DNA of 42,909 nucleotides from Oscillatoriales cyanobacterium (lineage in GTDB: Bacteria > Cyanobacteriota > Cyanobacteriia > Cyanobacteriales > Geitlerinemataceae): contig RDYZ01000208.1 of assembly GCA_004293855.1 (NCBI GenBank), positions 1 through 42,909 on the forward strand, written 5' to 3'. The translations under genes and the position numbers were made by a program. Position 1 is the stretch's first letter, and each line of letters begins with the position of its first letter. Shown in pieces: positions 16,369-24,155 of this stretch. The notes below the pieces were generated by a model. It was not told the DNA's origin and did no database searches. It was given only the letters and a program-made list of their open reading frames with translations.

Positions 16369-17046
16369 TTAGGACAGAGCGTCGGTGATCTCGATGGCGT
16401 CGTTGGCCTCGGGCATATCAGCACTGGAACGAACGCCAAAATAAATTTCGCAGATATCCGTCGGTAGGGTTGCCTCAAGCTGGGCGATCGCCTTGGGAAG
16501 ACGTCGGGCCACCTCCGCCGCTGAAATTGGATTGCCCTCCGCTTGGAGATAGGCCGCGATGCGGGTTTCGCTCCAGCGGAAGGTTTGGGACATCACGACG
16601 ATCAGACGAGCGAGGGGATCGAGCACATCGAGGGCCTGTTGCAGATAACACCACAGGGGAGGCGGTGCGGTTTCTAGGGAGTAGTGAATGGCTTCCACCG
16701 GGGGCAACTCACTTTGATTGATCGCGATCGCCGTGACATCAATCAGCCAATTTTGCAGGGTTGCGGGTTCGCCTTTGGGGTCATCCTGTCCCCGCAAATT
16801 CAGCCCGCGCATTTCATAAAAGACATGCCGCCAGATCGAGGCAAACAGGTAGTCAGCTTGGACGGGCGACTTTGCCATATGACGCACGAGGGTATAGACG
16901 ATCGCACTGTAGCGGCAAAAAATAGCGGTGAAGTATTTACCGGCATCGGGATGTTGCTGATAGAGCGCGAGTAAGTCGCGATCGCTCTGATGAAACAAAG
17001 CTTTGACAAGGGGATGGTTCGCTTCGGTAAATTTGGGAATGTCCAC
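16369..17046 (-). CDS. Sigma-70-family-like protein (divergent, cyanobacterial type)
   Basis: GTG start. LLALYQQHPDAGKYFTAIFCRYSAIVYTLVRHMAKSPVQADYLFASIWRHVFYEMRGL resembles sigma region 2. LARLIVVMSQTFRWSETRIAAYLQAEGNPISAAEVARRL resembles the region 4 HTH. The assignment is by eye only. Confidence 0.5.
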   Translation of the reverse strand: MDIPKFTEANHPLVKALFHQSDRDLLALYQQHPDAGKYFTAIFCRYSAIVYTLVRHMAKSPVQADYLFASIWRHVFYEMRGLNLRGQDDPKGEPATLQNWLIDVTAIAINQSELPPVEAIHYSLETAPPPLWCYLQQALDVLDPLARLIVVMSQTFRWSETRIAAYLQAEGNPISAAEVARRLPKAIAQLEATLPTDICEIYFGVRSSADMPEANDAIEITDALS

Positions 17047-17138
17047 GGCGCGATCGGCTCACAGCAGTTGAAGTCGCTTCTAGAATACCAGTCTCAATTT
17101 GCGCTCGCGCGTTCGATCGCAGCGAGATGCCGACCACA

Positions 17139-18770
17139 TCAGGTAAAACTTCTGCTGACAAACTGACCTGCGAGCTGACCCGACGAGACGTTATTCACAA
17201 AACCCAGAATGCGATTGTCCGCATTGGCATCCCGAATCAGTGTGCCGCTAATCCCGTTGAGGGTGGTGTCTTGCAACACCTGCACCGCTCCTGCTGAGAG
17301 ACCGAGGCGATCGATACCCACCTCAAAATCCGTAACGATGTCCGCCTGGGCCGTGTCCGTTGTGGCGGCAGCCGATCGTAAGACAAACGTGTCCGCTCCC
17401 GTACCACCCGTCAAGGTATCTCGGCCAAAATCACCGGATAGCGTATCGTCCCCCGCTTCTCCATTCAGCCCATCGTTATCTTGGCCGCCCACCAGCAGAT
17501 CATTGCCGTCACCACCATGAACGACATCATCGCCCAGGTTGCCACTGACGATCTGATCATCCCCACCGTTACCGTTAACGGTATCGTTATCGCGTCCACC
17601 GACGATGAAATCGCTGCCATTCCCGCCGTTGAGGACGTCAATGCCCTGGTTACCACTCAGAATATCGCTCCCGTCATTGCCCGCCATTGTGTCATTGCCC
17701 GATCCGCCGAATAGGAAGTTATCCGACCCATTGCCGAGGACTTCATCATTCCCCTCTGTGCCGAGCAAATCCTCAATCTCCAGATCAAAAGCCAGACGGA
17801 TACCGAAGCTATCGACGAGATAGGTCACCCCCGGTTGTGCTTGTCCGGGTTGTCCGGTGTAGCTGCTAGCATTGCGGGCGCTTTGTGCCGTGAGCAGTCC
17901 ACCGGGATTCAGATCAAAGAAGTAATTATCCAGCGGTAGTGTGCGGGCGTTTAGGGTATCTTTGCCGCCGCCGTCCCAGATCGTACGTTTCCCCGCTAGG
18001 TTGAGTGCCAACGTGCTCATGTCAACGGCGGCAGGATTGTCTAAGTCGTTGGGATTGCGGAGCAGGGTATAGGTCGTGTCACCGTTGTTAAAGCTGGTAT
18101 TCGCACCGTAGAGAAACTGCAAGGCACGAATGTCGTAGGGCATTAAGGTCGTCGGTGTGGCGTTGTCGGCCTCGTTTTCGTTGTAGCTCATGATGGAGCT
18201 CATGGCGTGATCTGTGGCGATCGGCAAAAACGGGCCCGCAGCATTCGGATCGGGGGTCACGCCTTCATCGTAGTTACCCGGATGGCTTAAGCCCAGCGCA
18301 TGACCCAACTCATGGATAACCGTCGAATACAGTTCTTCGTAGATGCTGCCCGTATTGCCCAGATCGGTTCCGAGCTGCACATCGCCACTCTCCGAGGTAT
18401 CTCCTGGAAAATTTGCCTGACCGCCGACATTGTTGCCAAATTTCCCGGCAACCACACGAATCTGACCTGGCGTTGCGATCGTGTCGGCAACTTCAATAAA
18501 TTGCAGCGGGATCACCGCTTCAAACTGTTGCTTAAAACTCTCCCGCACCGCAGTTTTCGCCAGCTCGCTGAGAACTTCCGCCGTAGGCGCATCGGGATCG
18601 GGGGGGTACGCCTGGACGGTTTCTGCCGTGGGAAAGCTAAACGTGATGGAGCTGCCGTCCCATTTGGTGATGTTCGGAAAGCCCTGGTCTCCCTCTTCTG
18701 TGCGTACTAGAGCGCCAATGTTGGTGCGATCGGGCTCTTGGGTCGGCGCGAGAACCAGTGCGGTTGCCAT
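17139..18770 (-). CDS. Serralysin-like (M10 family) zinc metalloprotease with C-terminal RTX calcium-binding repeats
   Basis: Zinc motif HELGHALGLSHP (plus strand about 18285-18320). Met-turn SSIMSY. About 11 GGxGxD nonapeptides (GNGSDNFLFGGSGNDTMAGNDGSDILSGNQGIDVLNGGNGSDFIVGG...). No signal peptide, consistent with a type I secretion substrate. Confidence 0.9.
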   Translation of the reverse strand: MATALVLAPTQEPDRTNIGALVRTEEGDQGFPNITKWDGSSITFSFPTAETVQAYPPDPDAPTAEVLSELAKTAVRESFKQQFEAVIPLQFIEVADTIATPGQIRVVAGKFGNNVGGQANFPGDTSESGDVQLGTDLGNTGSIYEELYSTVIHELGHALGLSHPGNYDEGVTPDPNAAGPFLPIATDHAMSSIMSYNENEADNATPTTLMPYDIRALQFLYGANTSFNNGDTTYTLLRNPNDLDNPAAVDMSTLALNLAGKRTIWDGGGKDTLNARTLPLDNYFFDLNPGGLLTAQSARNASSYTGQPGQAQPGVTYLVDSFGIRLAFDLEIEDLLGTEGNDEVLGNGSDNFLFGGSGNDTMAGNDGSDILSGNQGIDVLNGGNGSDFIVGGRDNDTVNGNGGDDQIVSGNLGDDVVHGGDGNDLLVGGQDNDGLNGEAGDDTLSGDFGRDTLTGGTGADTFVLRSAAATTDTAQADIVTDFEVGIDRLGLSAGAVQVLQDTTLNGISGTLIRDANADNRILGFVNNVSSGQLAGQFVSRSFT

Positions 18771-18980
18771 GACGAATACGCATTAAAGAATTGGAGCTGA
18801 GGAATGGGTCGAATATCCTGCCGATCGGGGTGATATTGGCGATGAATGCGACCATCCAGATCCATTGTGGCATTGGGCGGCATTACCGTCGTCATGCGAC
18901 TCCGATCGGGGATTCTGTGCCATCCCTAGATCACGTTTTACCCTTGATTAATTCGCGATCAATCTACGATTAAGCCGCGA

Positions 18981-20606
18981 TCAATTTGCCGCCATGCCCC
19001 ACCAGGCCAGGGCGTAGGTGGGAGCTTTAGCATTGGCTTGTTGGGCGAGGACCACCCGTAATTTGTAGCGTCCCGTACTGGGGATGACCCGAAAGATGTG
19101 CTCGACACTATCCACTTTGCTGTTGGAGGACCACACTGCATCTTCTAGCCGATCGCTTTCGATCGGCAACAGGTATAAATCCAGATCATCGAGAGCATGA
19201 CCGGTAAAGTCTTCACCTTCATCAAACCGGCCATTGCCATTGGTATCGTTGAGATCCACGGAGCGCGTCCAACTGAGGGTCGCGGAGAAAAAGCTACCGG
19301 CGACTAAGGGATCGGCGATCGGATAATCCTTGACCATGACTTCACGATTGGCGGACGATCGTCCCAGTTCCCCATAGTCCCAACCCATCACGCCCGCCTC
19401 CTGTCCCGCAGCACTTGGCCCCGCTGCAAATTGTTGATAGGCACGATAGGCATTGAGGTGTCCGGCGCCGATGTCATCCTGTAGCGGAATCGCCCGATCG
19501 CGGTACGCACTCGATTCGGTCCAGACCCGCCCCCATTTATCCTGAACATCACGGGTCATCCCCAGACTGAGGCCATCACCACGATCCGCCACTTTATCCG
19601 CCGAATTGAGCAACACCGCTCGCATCACTTCATGGCGACGCGCCGCCACACTCCAACGACCCGCCGCAATTTGCCGATCGCCATACTCCTGCAAGAGCGC
19701 CACCGTCGCTGTCACATGGGGCGCGGCAAAACTCGTCCCGGTGCTTTCGTACACCTTGCCTGCTGCGCTAACCAACGCCACATCCCGCCCCGGCGCCAAC
19801 AGACTAATCAAGCGTCGCCCGTTGGTATTGGTCTCTAGACCCACCAGCCCACTATAGGCTCCGTCAAAGGCTCCCCCCAGGCTAGAGGTATCCATCCGGC
19901 GGTACACCCCATCCATGCGGCGACTGGAGGCGATCGTCATGCCGTTAAACTGATCGGTCGGGATGGAAATTCCGCCGTAACCCTGATTGCCCGCGATCAC
20001 GTACAACACATTATGGGCATTGGCTGACCAGTCCACGCAGAGCGTCAGCAATGCATTCCCATCCAGTACGGCCTCATACCGACGCGCATCTAAACTGAGC
20101 GGTTCACCAAAACTGAAGTTGATCGATCGTACATCCCCACTGTTTTGCTGCGCCACGGTTTGCGCCGCCAAACATTCCCGCGCCTGACGGTTGGCCCCAG
20201 ACTCAAACACCGCTCCCGCCGAATACAGTTGTGCCCCCGGCGCGACCCCCATCCGCCCCTTCAGGCCACTGACCATCACACTGGCGACCCCTTGGGCGTG
20301 ACCATCGAGCGCGGCCTCAGACCCCGCTCGTGTTTCGCCGATAAAGACCCCTGCGGGATTGGTCTCCGGATTGGCTGGGAGTTTGTCTAAACCAAACACC
20401 GCCGGTCGTCCGATTTCCACCTGACCGATCCCAATTTTGCGTCCGATCAGGTTGTAGTCCTCGTGGAGGCGAGCTGCGTCAATGCCATCGGCTTCGATCG
20501 AAACCGACGAGGCCACTGTTCGGGATTCTCCCGTGAAGATGCAGGCGATCGTAGTCAGGACTGCCAATGTCAGGGGACGGAAAAGATGACGATCGAGTGA
20601 TGACAT
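18981..20606 (-). CDS. S8 (subtilisin-like) serine protease with a signal peptide and a C-terminal beta-sandwich (P-domain-like) region
   Basis: Catalytic-triad contexts: IGIGQVEIGRP (candidate Asp region by position; contains no Asp), HAQGVASVM (His) and GTSFAAPHVTA (Ser; plus strand about 19711-19740). The track start is GTG 20645. ATG 20606 gives MSSLDRHLFRPLTLAVLTTIACIFTG, a signal-peptide-like N-terminus. Confidence 0.9.
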   Translation of the reverse strand: MSSLDRHLFRPLTLAVLTTIACIFTGESRTVASSVSIEADGIDAARLHEDYNLIGRKIGIGQVEIGRPAVFGLDKLPANPETNPAGVFIGETRAGSEAALDGHAQGVASVMVSGLKGRMGVAPGAQLYSAGAVFESGANRQARECLAAQTVAQQNSGDVRSINFSFGEPLSLDARRYEAVLDGNALLTLCVDWSANAHNVLYVIAGNQGYGGISIPTDQFNGMTIASSRRMDGVYRRMDTSSLGGAFDGAYSGLVGLETNTNGRRLISLLAPGRDVALVSAAGKVYESTGTSFAAPHVTATVALLQEYGDRQIAAGRWSVAARRHEVMRAVLLNSADKVADRGDGLSLGMTRDVQDKWGRVWTESSAYRDRAIPLQDDIGAGHLNAYRAYQQFAAGPSAAGQEAGVMGWDYGELGRSSANREVMVKDYPIADPLVAGSFFSATLSWTRSVDLNDTNGNGRFDEGEDFTGHALDDLDLYLLPIESDRLEDAVWSSNSKVDSVEHIFRVIPSTGRYKLRVVLAQQANAKAPTYALAWWGMAAN

Positions 20607-20996
20607 AAAAATCAGGACGAGAGGAATGGGGTGAGTCGGCCCCACAGGGGCATAGCGATCGAGATCTGGGCTACGGAATTTTGGAGGGATTGAAATCCGA
20701 GACCGATCGAGGGTGACGATCCAGACACACTATCGCAATCTTAACGAGAACCCTTCAAGACCGTCAGAATTTGAGGCGATTCCAGCTTCAAGCCCCCCGA
20801 TCGTTGGGGCTCAAAGGCCAAGCAAAAGTTTAGATCGGGCCCCGGCATAATCCGCCGATTTTGGACCGATCACAGGGCTAAGAATCGCTGAATTGACCCC
20901 CTAAAACCCGCCCAATTGCACAGAAACAGATACCTGTTACACCCGTAATCAATCGGTATCCGCCCCAACCCCTAAAAAAATCCTGTATTGTCCCCC

Positions 20997-21028
20997 TTGA
21001 CAGCCAGGGTTTGATAAACTTTTATAAA
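20997..21028 (+). promoter_or_regulatory. Candidate sigma-70-type promoter for rpe
   Basis: A perfect TTGACA lies at 20997-21002. With a 17-nt spacer the -10 would be TTTTAT (21020-21025). The better hexamer TATAAA (21023-21028) is 20 nt away, so the spacing is ambiguous. The site is 45-75 nt upstream of ATG 21073. Confidence 0.25.
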
Positions 21029-21072
21029 CGAAACTGTAGCGAAATTAACAAAGACGTCGGAGAGGCAGCGGT

Positions 21073-21774
21073 ATGGCAAGCACAAAAAAAACGGTTATTT
21101 CCCCATCCATTTTATCGGCAGATTTCAGCCGATTGGGCGAAGAAATTCAAGCGGTGGATAAAGCGGGCGCAGACTGGATTCACGTTGATGTGATGGACGG
21201 TCGCTTCGTTCCCAACATCACGATCGGCCCGATGATCGTCCAAGCGATTCGTCCCCTGACCAACAAACCCCTCGATGTTCACCTGATGATCGTCGAGCCC
21301 GAAAAATACGTCGAAGATTTCGCCAAAGCGGGCGCGGATATTATCTCCGTCCACGTAGAGCACAATGCGTCGCCGCACCTGCACCGTACCCTTGGTCAAA
21401 TCCGCGAACTGGGTAAGCAAGCCGGTGTTGTCCTCAACCCTGGCACGCCCCTCAGCATGATTGAGCATGTGCTGGATCTGTGCGACCTCGTCCTGTTGAT
21501 GAGCGTTAACCCCGGTTTCGGTGGTCAAAGCTTCATTCCTTCGGCGGTAGACAAAGTGCGTCAACTGCGGGATCTGTGTGATGCACGGGGTCTTGATCCG
21601 TGGATCGAGGTGGATGGCGGCCTCAAGGTCAACAACACCTGGCAAGTTCTCGAAGCGGGCGCGAATGCGATCGTGGCCGGTTCGGCGGTGTTTAACGCGC
21701 CGGATTATGCCGCTGCGATCGAAGGGATTCGCAACAGCACCCGTCCCGTAGAGAAAGAACTCGCAGCCGTATAA
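21073..21774 (+). CDS. rpe: Ribulose-phosphate 3-epimerase
   Basis: [64 protein letters not shown] and VDGG are all hallmark Rpe motifs. Confidence 0.97.
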   Translation: MASTKKTVISPSILSADFSRLGEEIQAVDKAGADWIHVDVMDGRFVPNITIGPMIVQAIRPLTNKPLDVHLMIVEPEKYVEDFAKAGADIISVHVEHNASPHLHRTLGQIRELGKQAGVVLNPGTPLSMIEHVLDLCDLVLLMSVNPGFGGQSFIPSAVDKVRQLRDLCDARGLDPWIEVDGGLKVNNTWQVLEAGANAIVAGSAVFNAPDYAAAIEGIRNSTRPVEKELAAV

Positions 21775-21900
21775 GGATGCAGTATCTAAGGGCTGTCATC
21801 AACTCCAGGTCTAGCGCTGACCGTGGGCGGCTTACCCCATTGCCTGTGGGGTCGCAGCCGCCGACTCGGTCAGGGTTCTAGGGATTGATGGCATACCCCG

Positions 21901-21935
21901 ATGAAAGTTCAGGGTCAATGACCCTGAACTTTCAT
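21901..21935. repeat. 35-bp perfect palindrome (17-bp arms, 1-nt centre) in the convergent spacer between rpe and the rhomboid gene
   Basis: The sequence is atgaaagttcagggtca-a-tgaccctgaactttcat. No U-tract follows on either strand, so it is not a canonical intrinsic terminator. Confidence 0.9.
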
Positions 21936-22000
21936 AAAACCCTCGTTCAACCCCAACACGGTACGTTCCTGCTGCCAGTCTCACAAGGTGGTCGCGAAGC

Positions 22001-22567
22001 TTAAATATTCGATTTGTGGATCGCCCGAGGTGGAAGTTGCTTCGCGGCCAGGACACCACCGATAAAGCCAAACAGATGTCCTTCCCACGAAACGCCAGGT
22101 TGACCGGGCAAAACCCCAAAAATGAGTCCTCCGTAGAAAAACAGCACCAGTAACGATAACAAAATTGACTGAACGCTATGCTCAAACAGACCTCGGGCCA
22201 ACAAAAAGCCGAGATACCCAAAAATGACGCCGCTAGCGCCAATATGAACACCCGCTGAGCCGAATAACCAAACGCCCGCACCACCAATGACCATGGCGAA
22301 AATCGACGTGCTGTAGAACGTGCTGATGCCGTAGGACATCACCAGCCAGCCGAGAATGATAAAGGGGACAGTGTTGGAGATGAGATGTGTGAAATTGCCG
22401 TGTAGAAACGGCATCCAGAGGATGCCCCAGAGTGAGGTGGGATCGCGGGGAATCACGCCAAAGCGATCGAGGTGGCCACGATAGATCACGGTATCAACGA
22501 TTTCCACGAGCCACATGGCTGAGACAAACGTACCGAGGGTTTGGATTTGGGTATTGAGTCGTTTCAT
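22001..22567 (-). CDS. Rhomboid-family intramembrane serine protease
   Basis: Six TM helices. Motifs: HGNFTHLISN, catalytic GASGVIFG (GxSG) and HLFGFIGG (catalytic His). Confidence 0.85.
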   Translation of the reverse strand: MKRLNTQIQTLGTFVSAMWLVEIVDTVIYRGHLDRFGVIPRDPTSLWGILWMPFLHGNFTHLISNTVPFIILGWLVMSYGISTFYSTSIFAMVIGGAGVWLFGSAGVHIGASGVIFGYLGFLLARGLFEHSVQSILLSLLVLFFYGGLIFGVLPGQPGVSWEGHLFGFIGGVLAAKQLPPRAIHKSNI

Positions 22568-22874
22568 CGTCGCGATCTGGGGGTAAAGCAGCCCATGCTA
22601 AAGGGGGTGAAAACAATAACCGACAGGCCGAATCGCGTTGGTGTTGATCAGGGGCGTCAACCCACGGCTGAACTGTGGTTGTCCCAGCCTAACAAGTTTG
22701 TGAAAAGAGTCTGAGGCAACCGACGGTGTTGTGTTGCGTGGTGGCCTTTCCTCGAGGATTTGGCATCCATGCCGCCTAGAACTCTTGCCCGGTCAGCGGT
22801 TGAAGGAGCCCACACCACCACTAGGGGGAGAACCCAGGCTCCGTCAGCACTCAAAATGAGATGGATGACAGCCC

Positions 22875-24071
22875 CTAGCGAGCGGTTTGGAGCTGAAGCC
22901 GGAGATCACGATCGGCTTCGAGGTTGACCCGTGGCGCATCGTTGCTGACGGGGGGATAGTCCCACAGGAGACCGATGCTCCCTAGGGGCAGGCTGGGCAA
23001 GTGGGCGTCGTGGTTACTGAGCCAGAGGAGGGGGGTGTCAGGCGGTGTGGTGTCTCGCTGTCGAGCATCCAGGATTGGATTTGGATCGATCGCGGCTAAG
23101 GCTTCGAGGACAATCCGATGTCCTTGAACTAAACCGGTTTGAGCGCTCCAAAACCGGACGTCGAGCTGGGCACGACTGGCATAGAAGTAGATGGAAGCAG
23201 CGGCACAGGCAGCTTGCTCGAAGTGGTCGGGTTGCCAGGTGGCGCGATCGTCAATCACGATCGTAACTTTGCGGCCACTATTTTGGGTTTCCAGCTCTCG
23301 GACACGCAATTCACCGAGGCGAGCACTACTTTTCCAGTGGATGAGCCGCATGGGATCACCGCTACGGTAGGCCCGTAGGGTGCGTGTTACCCCGTCTTGG
23401 GCATCGATCGCTTGGCGATCGTGGGTGGCGGCAACAGGGTTATGGGCATCCCCGAGGCGATCGATGATCGGACAGCGGCTGAGGGGCAAGACTTGGGGAT
23501 AGACGACGGCTTTGGCGGGGACTCGGTGCAGCGACCTCGCCCAAAATAAACCGAGGGGGGCTCCAGTTCTGACCCAGAGTCGATCCCACACATGGACGCC
23601 GCGACGCTGGGCGATCCGACGATCGACCCAATGGTAATCCGCTCCCGGTGTGAGGGTATCGATCGCATGGCAGTCATCGCCCCCCAGTGCGGGCTCGCGT
23701 TCGTCCACAATTTGCAGGAGGGCTTTGATCTGTTTGGGATGGGTATTGCGTACCCGTAGGTGAATTTCAAGCGTTTCACCCACGCTAACCGGTACGATCG
23801 TCGATCGCTCAATCTCCAGATCCCGCAACATCCGCCGTGACTGCCAGCCCGTCAACCCTAACAGTGCAAACGTTAACCCACTAATGGCATACAGCCAGCC
23901 CACCATCGTATTGGTTGCCGCTCCCAAATAGGCCAGAGAAATGACCAGCACCACCCAACCGCTGTAGGCGGGTCGCACCCAGTGGGTTTCCAGACGCTGG
24001 TTCAGGCGGTGCTGTAGACGACGCAGACGCTGAAGGATCAGGCGGAGCAAGGGAAGCAGCATAAATCTCAC
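22875..24071 (-). CDS. DUF58-domain protein with two N-terminal TM helices
   Basis: LRAYRSGDPMRLIHWKSSARLGELRVRELE is the characteristic DUF58 motif. TM helices: WVVLVISLAYLGAATNTMVGWLYAISGLTFALLGLTGW. Confidence 0.85.
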   Translation of the reverse strand: MRFMLLPLLRLILQRLRRLQHRLNQRLETHWVRPAYSGWVVLVISLAYLGAATNTMVGWLYAISGLTFALLGLTGWQSRRMLRDLEIERSTIVPVSVGETLEIHLRVRNTHPKQIKALLQIVDEREPALGGDDCHAIDTLTPGADYHWVDRRIAQRRGVHVWDRLWVRTGAPLGLFWARSLHRVPAKAVVYPQVLPLSRCPIIDRLGDAHNPVAATHDRQAIDAQDGVTRTLRAYRSGDPMRLIHWKSSARLGELRVRELETQNSGRKVTIVIDDRATWQPDHFEQAACAAASIYFYASRAQLDVRFWSAQTGLVQGHRIVLEALAAIDPNPILDARQRDTTPPDTPLLWLSNHDAHLPSLPLGSIGLLWDYPPVSNDAPRVNLEADRDLRLQLQTAR

Positions 24072-24155
24072 GAAAACAACGCAGGGATCGCGATCGCCTC
24101 CGGGACGGCATAGGGATGATCGAGGGCGATCTCTGCTTGCGATCGTAGCAGCCGG

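Noticed and set aside
21112-21645. 177-aa ORF antisense to rpe
   Set aside because: The opposite-strand gene is an unmistakable ribulose-phosphate 3-epimerase. The antisense product has no recognisable features.
21832-22287. 151-aa ORF overlapping the 3' half of the rhomboid gene
   Set aside because: It is an alternative frame of the rhomboid gene, which carries the GxSG and His catalytic motifs.
22741-22760. GAGGAAAGG on the minus strand, resembling the RNase P RNA P4 motif (GAGGAAAGUCC), in the 307-bp rhomboid/DUF58 spacer
   Set aside because: The match is imperfect (GGCC instead of GUCC). The spacer is too short for rnpB, and I could not find the complementary P4 strand or other conserved RNase P elements.
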